Assembly: GCA_048941265.1 (NCBI GenBank)
Contig: JBHLNT010000135.1
Span: 1 to 11,182 of the forward strand
Direction: 5' to 3'
DNA length: 11,182 nt
Source: Promethearchaeota archaeon
GTDB taxonomy: Archaea; Asgardarchaeota; Lokiarchaeia; Sigyniarchaeales; SOKP01
Position numbers and translations under genes: made by a program
In this document: one piece after another, positions 1-8,213 of the stretch
How the letters are laid out: each line of letters opens with the position of its first letter
Position numbering within the stretch: the stretch's first letter is position 1
The notes under the pieces: model-generated
What the model saw: only the letters and a program-made list of their open reading frames with translations
Database searches by the model: none
What the model was told of the DNA's origin: nothing

Positions 1-474
1 TATTTACCAATAGGTAATACTGAAGTCATAGCGAAGATGATAAATGAGTTTACAGGAGGAGATATGTTTTATATTGATACAGTAAAACCATATCCTGAAG
101 ATTATGAGGAAACGACTAAAGTTGCAAAACAAGAATTAAAAGGAAATGCAAGACCAGAACTTTTAGATCATGTTGCAGATATAGATGCATATAATGTGGT
201 ATTTTTAGGTTACCCTAATTGGTGGGGAACTATGCCGATGGCAGTTTGCACTTTCTTAGAATCCCATGATTTTTCAGGAAAAACAATTATCCCTTTCTGT
301 ACGCATGAGGGAAGTGGGCTTGGAAATAGTGTAAAAATTATCGTAAGACTTTGCACTAAAGCAGAAATTATTGACGCAATTTCTTTTCGCGGAGGAAGCG
401 TAGAGAATGCAAGGAGTGAAGTAGAGAACTGGCTTAATAAAATTCATATTAAGAATAATAAGGGCTCAACTTAA
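1..474 (+). CDS. Flavodoxin (Flavodoxin_4-like), 5'-truncated by the window edge
   Basis: Frame is open from base 1 (YLPIGNTEVIAKM...), so the ATG at 37 is internal. Contains GNT phosphate-loop end, VFLGYPNWWGTMP and GKTIIPFCTHEGSGLG FMN-binding motifs. Confidence 0.9.
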   Translation, partial: YLPIGNTEVIAKMINEFTGGDMFYIDTVKPYPEDYEETTKVAKQELKGNARPELLDHVADIDAYNVVFLGYPNWWGTMPMAVCTFLESHDFSGKTIIPFCTHEGSGLGNSVKIIVRLCTKAEIIDAISFRGGSVENARSEVENWLNKIHIKNNKGST

Positions 475-496
475 ATTGTAATTTATTATAATATAA

Positions 497-1513
<1,017 letters not shown>

Positions 1514-1520
1514 TTTTTTT
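1514..1520 (+). terminator. Oligo-T tract, candidate archaeal intrinsic terminator
   Basis: T7 immediately after the AKR stop codon. Weak evidence in AT-rich DNA. Confidence 0.35.
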
Positions 1521-1837
1521 AAATTCAATGAGATCATGTCTCTAATTATACAGCATGAATGGTATAAGAAATTATCAAGCGAAAAATGGCTTAGCAGGGA
1601 TAGAGAGCAGGATGCTATAGCTGCAGACCATGAAGAAGAGAAATATTATGGATATTTTCTTTTTATTTTTAATTTTAAAAAACAGATATAAAAATATCAT
1701 TTTATAGTATTTTTTAATCCTACTAACTATGTTTTTTAGAGAGATTACACTTCTATAATTACCTTTTAATATTGGATTAAAATGAACATAAGACTAATCT
1801 ACGAAACATTCAAAAAGTTAGATTAAGGTAATATATT

Positions 1838-3241
1838 ATGAAATATATAGAAGAGCAATCAAGAAAAACCCCTGTTATGGCGGAAGCTGATGTTTTAGTA
1901 ATTGGAGGAGGGCCAGCAGGGCTTTCTGCTGCGTTAGCGGCAGCCAGAGAGGGAGCGAATACAATACTTGTAGAACGATATGGTTTTTTTGGAGGAATGA
2001 TAACACAGGTAATGATGGGAACTATCGCATGGTATCGTTATGCAAAAACGATCGATGCCGGGGGGATTGAAAGAGAATTTGAACTAAGAGCTAAAGAAAT
2101 GGGGGCAACCATAGACATAATGGGTAAAATCAAGAATCCAGAGATGGTAGAAATGCTTGAACAAGAAGGCTTGATGGTAAATGGGAAACCAACATTTGAG
2201 GTAATAGATACAGAGGTATTTAAATATGTGGCTGATGTGCTAATTCAGGAAGCAGGAATTACTCCCATTTTGCATTGTTTAGCTGTTGATGTGGTCATGG
2301 AGGGGAATATAGTCAAGGGGATTATTACTGAGAGCAAATCCGGCAGACAAGCAATTTTAGCTAAAAGAATAATCGATGCGACGGGGGATGCCGATATTGC
2401 ATTTTTTGCTGGGACTCCATTTCGAAAAAGTCCTAAAAATGAATTGATGGAAGTAACCACAAATTTCGGTTGCAGCGGTATTAATATTGGAAAATTTTTG
2501 ATGTATATCTATTTAAATCGTGGTAGTATAGGAGACTGGGGTGAAACATCAGGAAAGGAAGAAGATGCGTTCAGTACATATCTGGTAGAACCTTTTAACA
2601 AAGCAATATTACCCAATAAATTTCCTAAGGATATTAGAATAGAAAGCTTTTGGAGTACCTATACAGATGCGGGAGAAATCACATCCCTTAATACAGTTCA
2701 TATGACCGATATTGATTGTACAGATGTTAGGGATCTTACCAAAGCAGAGATTGAGGGGAGAAAATGGGTGATGTGGGCCATTGACGCTTTAAAAAAGCAT
2801 ACTCCAGGATTTAAAAAAGCGAGGCTAAGAAACATTGGATCATCATTAGGTACCAGAGAATCAAGAAAAATAATAGGAGAATACAATATTACAGAATATG
2901 ATGTGAGAAATGAGGCCCGTTTTGAGGACTCTATCGGTATTTGTCCGGAATTTATTGATGGTTATGACATTGCTATTTTACCTACAACGGGCCGATATTT
3001 CCAAGTTCCTTACGGTATTATTCTACCACAGAAAGTGGAAAATCTTTTAGTGGCTGGCCGCTGTGTTGGCGGAGATAAAATTTCGCATGCAGCCACACGT
3101 CAAATGGTGTGTTGTATTGTTACGGGTCAAGGTGCGGGAGTAGCTGCTGCTTTATCTCTTAAGGACAATGTAACTTGTAGGCAGGTTGATATCTCAAAAA
3201 TTCAGAAGGCCCTCAAAAAACAGGGTGTTAGAATTGAATAA
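1838..3241 (+). CDS. FAD-dependent oxidoreductase (FAD_oxidored/PF12831-like), substrate unknown
   Basis: N-terminal Rossmann DVLVIGGGPAGLSAALAAAREG...LVERYG; IIDATGDADIA; LTKAEIEGR; GTRESRKIIG; VPYG...ENLLVAGRC...GQGAGVAAA. Confidence 0.93.
   Translation: MKYIEEQSRKTPVMAEADVLVIGGGPAGLSAALAAAREGANTILVERYGFFGGMITQVMMGTIAWYRYAKTIDAGGIEREFELRAKEMGATIDIMGKIKNPEMVEMLEQEGLMVNGKPTFEVIDTEVFKYVADVLIQEAGITPILHCLAVDVVMEGNIVKGIITESKSGRQAILAKRIIDATGDADIAFFAGTPFRKSPKNELMEVTTNFGCSGINIGKFLMYIYLNRGSIGDWGETSGKEEDAFSTYLVEPFNKAILPNKFPKDIRIESFWSTYTDAGEITSLNTVHMTDIDCTDVRDLTKAEIEGRKWVMWAIDALKKHTPGFKKARLRNIGSSLGTRESRKIIGEYNITEYDVRNEARFEDSIGICPEFIDGYDIAILPTTGRYFQVPYGIILPQKVENLLVAGRCVGGDKISHAATRQMVCCIVTGQGAGVAAALSLKDNVTCRQVDISKIQKALKKQGVRIE
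2997..3241 (+). repeat. Direct repeat A, copy 1 (3' end of the FAD oxidoreductase); partner at 4860-5104
   Basis: Ungapped 245-bp alignment at offset 1863, about 38 mismatches by hand count (about 84% identity). Confidence 0.95.
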
Positions 3242-3293
3242 AGATTTATGGTAAATAAAGTCTCATGGATATAATTTTTGAAGAATTTCTTTA

Positions 3294-3308
3294 CAAAGTT
3301 TTTATATA
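3294..3308 (+). promoter_or_regulatory. Candidate archaeal BRE/TATA promoter for the membrane-RING gene
   Basis: CAAAGTT followed by TTTATATA about 130 bp upstream of ATG 3436. An SD-like AGGTGAT lies at 3412-3418. Confidence 0.35.
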
Positions 3309-3435
3309 GCCAGAGGATTATTATTACTCAAGAAAATAAATCTAAAGTAATATAAAGAAATCCTTGTGTAGTGATAAATACTGCATTTTTTTGAGTTTAA
3401 GAAGAATTAATAGGTGATTTAAAATCGCAGAGGTT

Positions 3436-4602
3436 ATGATTTGGGATCCAATAGAGCGACTTTTATGGGGAATAGCGATAGCTTTACTTTTATTCGGGGG
3501 AATTATATATATTGTTAAAGGGAGAAAGAGAGAAAATTCTCAAGAAAGGTTAATTATGTATGGTTTTGCTAGTTTTTTAATAGGATATGCGTTTGATAGG
3601 ATTTTTAGATATTTAAGTGAGTTTTTTATAAGTGGCACATTTAAGGATTTTACATTTTATGGCGATTACAGCAATCCACCTGTTATTTTTGAGATATTGC
3701 GTAGATGTGCATATATTTCATTGCTTTTAGGATTTAGTATTTTCTTGATGTCTTTTGAAAGAATAATAAAGCATACTAGATATATTATTACATTAATTAG
3801 TCTTGTTTCGATACCACTATTTATATTACTACCATTTGAAGACATCCAGTTAGTGTTTTTGATATATTTAGCCTTCGGCATTTCTATGTTTCTTATTATT
3901 CTTTTATTATTTACGAAATGGTCTGAAAGAGAATTTAAGGCAGTTTCAGCATTAATCCTTCTTGGGTTTGTTATCAGTGATGCTGCTTATTTTTTATCGG
4001 TATTTCAAGTAAAAACACTTAATTTAATTCCTTTAATAATACCTCCTATTCTATCCATTATAGGAATAGCTTTTATGATTTCTCCAATGATATTAAATCC
4101 GGATTTTTTTTCAAAAAACAGGAAATATTGGACGTTTATTATCAGTATTTCGATAATAGTTAATATAATTATGGCTTTTATTATGATTTTAATACCTCTT
4201 TTTAGATTAATGTCTATAGCATTTTTTTTTATTATATATTTAAATTTGAGAATTCTAAAATTAATGACTTTTGAAACCGAAAAGGAAAGAGAAAAAGAGC
4301 ATCCTGATATTTTAGCGGCACTTACAAAACCTCAAAAAGTCACTGAAGAAGAAGTAACGGTTTCGAAAGAAAAAAAAATTTGCTTAGTGTGTAAAGGAAA
4401 GGTTATCCGGTTTAACAGTTATATTTGTGTATGTGATGCTTTATATTGTGAAAAATGTGCTCTAGCATTGATAAAGATAGACAACGCATGTTGGGCGTGT
4501 AATGCTCCGATTGATGAGTCAAAACCTGTGAGATTGACGGATAAGAGGAATAAAGAAATAATAATTGAGAGTGCGGATCATAAGGAAACTAAAAAAAAAT
4601 AA
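3436..4602 (+). CDS. Multipass membrane protein (about 9 TM) with C-terminal C4C4 RING-like zinc finger
   Basis: About 9 hydrophobic segments in residues ~8-277, then a charged linker (KPQKVTEEEVTVSKEKKI), then C-x2-C-x11-C-x-C-x4-C-x2-C-x10-C-x2-C. Confidence 0.88.
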   Translation: MIWDPIERLLWGIAIALLLFGGIIYIVKGRKRENSQERLIMYGFASFLIGYAFDRIFRYLSEFFISGTFKDFTFYGDYSNPPVIFEILRRCAYISLLLGFSIFLMSFERIIKHTRYIITLISLVSIPLFILLPFEDIQLVFLIYLAFGISMFLIILLLFTKWSEREFKAVSALILLGFVISDAAYFLSVFQVKTLNLIPLIIPPILSIIGIAFMISPMILNPDFFSKNRKYWTFIISISIIVNIIMAFIMILIPLFRLMSIAFFFIIYLNLRILKLMTFETEKEREKEHPDILAALTKPQKVTEEEVTVSKEKKICLVCKGKVIRFNSYICVCDALYCEKCALALIKIDNACWACNAPIDESKPVRLTDKRNKEIIIESADHKETKKK

Positions 4603-4619
4603 ATCTCTTTTTGAGAGAT
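4603..4619 (+). terminator. Small hairpin directly after the stop codon
   Basis: ATCTCT-TTTTG-AGAGAT followed by GTTATTTT. Confidence 0.3.
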
Positions 4620-4647
4620 GTTATTTTCATAAAAATATTACTAAGTG

Positions 4648-4782
4648 AAAAACAATGAATTAGAGCTCACTTTTGAGTCAAAAGGAAAATTTACGGCGGT
4701 TTATAGTCGGATTGTGGCAGAAAAAATTCTTTATCAATTCGAAAATCCAGACGAATAAACTCAAAAAAATATATATTTTTAA
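4648..4782 (+). pseudogene. Orphan 3' fragment of a paralog of the NAD(P)H reductase at 6546-7169 (repeat B, copy 1)
   Basis: Translates KNNELELTFESKGKFTAVYSRIVAEKILYQFENPDE*TQKNIYF* versus KSNVLTLTLEPKGKFKTIYRGTAAEKIIHQFENPKGYIQKNIYF* (7035-7169). Ungapped, 26/44 aa and about 99/135 nt identical, with a premature TAA at 4756. Not in the ORF track. Confidence 0.92.
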
Positions 4783-4859
4783 AAAATTGAGAATAAAATG
4801 AAATTTGTTATTAAAAAAAATAAGTGAAAAATCTAATTTTTTTTTGATTTGTAGCTTGA

Positions 4860-5104
4860 ATTTCCAAGTTCCTTACGGTATTATTGTACCAAAGAAAGTG
4901 GAAAATCTTTTAGTGGCAGGTCGCTGTGTTGCCGGAGATAAAATATATCATGCCGCAACCCGTCAAATGGCATGCTGTACAGTTACAGGTCAAGGTGCTG
5001 GGGTGGCTGCTACCGTGTCTCTTCAGGACGCCGAAGTATGCAGGCGGGTTGATATCTCGAAAGTCCAGAAGGTCCTCAAAAAACAGGGTGTTAGAATTGA
5101 ATAA
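4860..5104 (+). pseudogene. Orphan 3' fragment (last 80 codons) of an FAD-oxidoreductase paralog (repeat A, copy 2)
   Basis: 65/80 aa identical to residues 388-467 of the 1838-3241 protein. Homology starts abruptly at 4860 and the FAD-binding N-terminus is missing. The TTG start at 4805 lies in non-homologous AT-rich DNA. Confidence 0.92.
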
Positions 5105-5146
5105 GAAGTAATCGTTGTGATCAAACAAATTAACTTAAAAATTCAA

Positions 5147-5566
5147 TCAAAAATTTTCTAAGAAGTCATCTATTTTTGTTTTATACTTGGATTTCAATTT
5201 TTCGGAAAAATCTCGCATAATTGAGAGATCTCCATCAAAGTTCTGAATAGTTTGTTTATCAAAGGAATTAGTGAATAATTGATGGATTTCTTTTAAATGT
5301 TTTTTAAGATGTTTCTTTTTCGAATCTTGGCTAACTAAAGCAATAACAACATTATATTCTTCATCAATTAAAAATGAAACATATTTGTCCTTTAATGTAA
5401 GGTCTTGAATCCCTGAACCAAATGATTTCTGAGCAAAATCCATAATTGCTGAGATGAAACTTCCAAATAGTAAATTACTTTCTTTTTCTTCAAAATAATT
5501 TATATCTATCTGAAGTAATACTTCTCCACTTCTCCTCAAGATAAAAAGCTCTTCCCCTATATTCAT
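5147..5566 (-). CDS. Stand-alone longin-like domain protein (Asgard type)
   Basis: 139 aa with a beta-beta-alpha-beta-beta-beta-alpha-alpha pattern: ELFILRRSGEVLL, LLFGSFISAIMDFAQK, IQDLTL/YVSF/VVIALVS strands, LKEIHQLF, NFDGDLSIMRDF. Assignment is by pattern recognition, not a search. Confidence 0.75.
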   Translation of the reverse strand: MNIGEELFILRRSGEVLLQIDINYFEEKESNLLFGSFISAIMDFAQKSFGSGIQDLTLKDKYVSFLIDEEYNVVIALVSQDSKKKHLKKHLKEIHQLFTNSFDKQTIQNFDGDLSIMRDFSEKLKSKYKTKIDDFLENF

Positions 5567-6288
5567 ATATTATCTTCATCTCTCATTTTAATCTTCATTG
5601 TAAATCCTCTCATCATAAATAATCCTCCAATCATTATGATAATTCGCGCAATTAATATTCCTATATTACTTGGAAATCGAGCACCATCCAATATTGTCCC
5701 GATTGTAAATAATAATAGTCCTATTTCTATAATCTGAACCTTTTTGTAGGCGAAAGTAGTTTTTGAAAGACCTTTTCTTAGATAATTGAAAAATATAGAA
5801 TTTGGAAGTGCTAGGTAAAAAAGCAATAAAATTAGGAAGTATATATATACCAATGAATTTACAATGCGTAGATCCGAAACATCCATAAAAATAGTTATTT
5901 CAACTTCAAAACCTAAGAAGAGGATTGTAGCCATAACGATGTAAGTGACAATAATTAATAAATATAAGAGGATTAATAAACTTTTATTGCTGATTTCAGC
6001 GAGTTTTAGACTAGCTAAATCTAAAAAAATTAAGGACAAAGATGCAAATAAATAAGCCGCCCTCCAATAGGGTAAAAGAACTGTTATATTACGCTCGTAT
6101 TGAGATATTAATATAACTCTTAATCCCCAGACTAAATAAGTTATTGTTGTTGCAAAAAATGATATAGAAAAAAATAAGGAACTTATATTTTTAGACTGGA
6201 TATACGACTTTAATGTAATAATGAAATATATCCCAAAAACAAACACTATTGAAAATGTTCCAACTAATCCATATATAGATACTGCCAT
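5563..6288 (-). CDS. 7-transmembrane protein (putative sensor/receptor, no fused output domain)
   Basis: Seven hydrophobic segments fill all 241 aa. Its stop overlaps the longin-like start codon (ATGA, 5566-5563). Confidence 0.82.
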   Translation of the reverse strand: MAVSIYGLVGTFSIVFVFGIYFIITLKSYIQSKNISSLFFSISFFATTITYLVWGLRVILISQYERNITVLLPYWRAAYLFASLSLIFLDLASLKLAEISNKSLLILLYLLIIVTYIVMATILFLGFEVEITIFMDVSDLRIVNSLVYIYFLILLLFYLALPNSIFFNYLRKGLSKTTFAYKKVQIIEIGLLLFTIGTILDGARFPSNIGILIARIIIMIGGLFMMRGFTMKIKMRDEDNI

Positions 6289-6403
6289 TTTAATTCTTTC
6301 TTTAATTGATTTATAATTTATGTGATTGAAATCATAACTTCTTTATTTGTAATAACTTATTTTGTATTAATATTTTTCCAATATATTTTTATACTATCAG
6401 TAG

Positions 6404-6469
6404 AAACAACTTGATTATACAGAAAAAATTGGGGTCGGTTCAACTGAATATCAATTGATTGAGGTTTAA
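6404..6469 (+). pseudogene. Probable orphan 3' tip of a DUF362-family Fe-S protein gene
   Basis: Translates KQLDYTEKIGVGSTEYQLIEV*, resembling the QLxYAExIGLGSxxYELIxx* terminus I recall for DUF362 proteins. Preceded by an in-frame TAG, with no start codon. Confidence 0.5.
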
Positions 6470-6531
6470 GACATAAAAAGGTTTTGAGAAAAAAATAAAA
6501 ATACAAAAAAATAATACAATGTAGAAAAAAG

Positions 6532-6539
6532 AAGGAGGT
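6532..6539 (+). promoter_or_regulatory. Shine-Dalgarno site
   Basis: AAGGAGGT ending 6 nt before ATG 6546. Confidence 0.75.
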
Positions 6540-6545
6540 AAAAGT

Positions 6546-7169
6546 ATGAAAATTGCAGTATTCGGCGCTACGGGAGGATTGGGACAACAATTCCTCGATA
6601 AGGCGTTAGGGAAAGGTCATGAGATCGTTGCGTATGTGAGAACTCCGGAAAAGATCCAATATAAACATGGCAATCTTACGGTCATTAAGGGGGATGTCTT
6701 TGATAAGCAAAAAATTATTGAATCCCTTAAAGATGTAGATGCGACCTTCATTGCTTGGAGGATGAGGACTCAGCGAATTCCTCTATTCTCAGAGGGAACT
6801 CAGAATGTAGTGGATGCAATGAAACAAAACGGGGTAAAGAGAATTATTGTAATGTCTGAATATGCTTATGATGAGCATGCTAATAACTTCAGTATTTTTA
6901 CAAGAGGGCTGATCAGGCTCTATGGTAAATTTCAGAAGTTTCAATTGAATGAGCGAAGACAACAGGACGAAATAATTTATAATAGTGGTCTAGAATGGAC
7001 TATTAACAGGATCAGGGCTCTTAACGATGATGAAAAAAGTAATGTACTAACACTTACCCTTGAGCCTAAAGGAAAGTTTAAAACAATTTATCGTGGCACA
7101 GCAGCAGAAAAGATTATTCACCAATTCGAGAATCCAAAAGGATATATTCAAAAAAATATTTATTTTTAA
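6546..7169 (+). CDS. NAD(P)H-binding oxidoreductase (atypical SDR, NAD_binding_10/flavin reductase BLVRB-like)
   Basis: MKIAVFGATGGLG Rossmann motif, AYVRTPEK, GDVFD, GTQNVVDAMKQNGVKRII, SGLEWTINR; strong SD. Confidence 0.92.
   Translation: MKIAVFGATGGLGQQFLDKALGKGHEIVAYVRTPEKIQYKHGNLTVIKGDVFDKQKIIESLKDVDATFIAWRMRTQRIPLFSEGTQNVVDAMKQNGVKRIIVMSEYAYDEHANNFSIFTRGLIRLYGKFQKFQLNERRQQDEIIYNSGLEWTINRIRALNDDEKSNVLTLTLEPKGKFKTIYRGTAAEKIIHQFENPKGYIQKNIYF
7035..7169 (+). repeat. Direct repeat B, copy 2 (3' end of the intact NAD(P)H reductase); partner at 4648-4782
   Basis: Ungapped 135-bp alignment at offset 2387, about 73% identity by hand count. Confidence 0.9.
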
Positions 7170-7237
7170 AAAGATAGAAATGAATCAACACTTTTTTTTG
7201 ATAATTTTTAATTGAAACAAGGGATGTAATTCTAAAA

Positions 7238-8185
7238 ATGGACTTTTTTACTCATTTAGTTTTTGGAGCACTTATCTATTTACTTTTCTTGAATGAGATT
7301 CCTGCTGATTATTTAATATTAGCGATATTTTTCTCAATGCTACCCGATTTAGATATATTTCTAAGGCCTTTTAAAAGATTTACTAAATCAAATTATATTG
7401 AACATCGCGGAGGGTCTCATTCATATATTGTAGGGATAATAATATCATTTATTGTAAGTGTTATATATTATCTTTTTACAGGTCAATCCATTCTTATCGT
7501 TTGGATTATTGGTATGACGTTTTATGGATTGCATGTCTCTATGGATCTTCTTACCACTACAAAAATTCCTTTCTTATATCCGCTTTCTAAAAAAGAAAAC
7601 AGTTTTAATATCGAAAAAGCAGGCAGTTTATTTACCTTACTCAATTCGGCACTATTTCTTTTGATAATTATCCCGCTGTATATCTATTCTGTAGGTACAT
7701 ATGTTTTATGGTTGTTCATTAACGGCTTTACTTCTTTTTTCATTCTTTATTATGTATATCGAATTTTTTCAAAACTCTGGTTTTCTAAAGATCTAAAAGA
7801 GAGTCAGAAATTCCTGCCAGGAATTTTGCCCTTTTATTTCGCAATATTTAACTATGAAATCAATGGAAATAAAGTATCATCTAGTTTAGAAATGAGATCT
7901 CATTTCTCAAAAAGAAAGGAGATAATTAATACCAATATTATCTTAAATACCGAAGAACTGATCCTTTATGAAAAGGGGTTAGAGCTATGTAGGTCAAACT
8001 ATTATTTTGCAAAATGGACTATATTTCCAATCTTTATTAGGAATGGAGAAATTTTTACTATTAAGTTCTTTTTCTTAGAAACGATGATGCGTAAAAGAAC
8101 TATGTATATTCAATTTGCTTTTGACAAAATACATCACTATTTAATTGGTTATAGTCAAGGTTCGGGACGTATCCAATCTCAATAA
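7238..8185 (+). CDS. Membrane-bound metal-dependent hydrolase (YdjM family) with C-terminal extension
   Basis: MDFFTH, LPDLD, HRGGSHS, LHVSMDLLT and PFLYP motifs, with multiple TM segments. Confidence 0.9.
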   Translation: MDFFTHLVFGALIYLLFLNEIPADYLILAIFFSMLPDLDIFLRPFKRFTKSNYIEHRGGSHSYIVGIIISFIVSVIYYLFTGQSILIVWIIGMTFYGLHVSMDLLTTTKIPFLYPLSKKENSFNIEKAGSLFTLLNSALFLLIIIPLYIYSVGTYVLWLFINGFTSFFILYYVYRIFSKLWFSKDLKESQKFLPGILPFYFAIFNYEINGNKVSSSLEMRSHFSKRKEIINTNIILNTEELILYEKGLELCRSNYYFAKWTIFPIFIRNGEIFTIKFFFLETMMRKRTMYIQFAFDKIHHYLIGYSQGSGRIQSQ

Positions 8186-8213
8186 TTTATATAAAAAGAA
8201 TAAAAAAAACAGG

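Noticed and set aside
2997-5104. Repeat pair A/A' as the variable and template repeats of a diversity-generating retroelement
   Set aside because: Mismatches are not adenine-specific in either copy (C/G, C/T and G/T changes are common), many are synonymous, and there is no reverse transcriptase in the window. The same holds for B/B'.
4805-5104. 99-aa ORF as a functional gene
   Set aside because: The first ~19 codons are low-complexity intergenic DNA crossing a T9 tract, and the FAD-binding domain is absent. Treated as a fragment.
5563-6288. 7TM protein as a rhodopsin or true GPCR
   Set aside because: There is no retinal-binding Lys motif in the middle of helix 7 and no DRY/NPxxY motifs. Helix count alone does not show homology.
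3436-6288. Low GC of the membrane genes as proof of foreign origin
   Set aside because: Ile/Phe/Leu/Tyr-rich TM proteins use T-rich codons, and the YdjM gene outside the slot looks similar.
3416-6334. GATT-N-AATC dyads upstream of both membrane genes as a shared operator
   Set aside because: The spacer differs (3 versus 2 nt), the arms are only 4-5 bp, and similar strings occur elsewhere (about 10128).
6439-6459. Tandem palindromes TCAACTGA / ATCAATTGAT one helical turn apart as an operator
   Set aside because: They fall inside the probable DUF362 coding remnant and are short in AT-rich DNA, so coincidence is likely.
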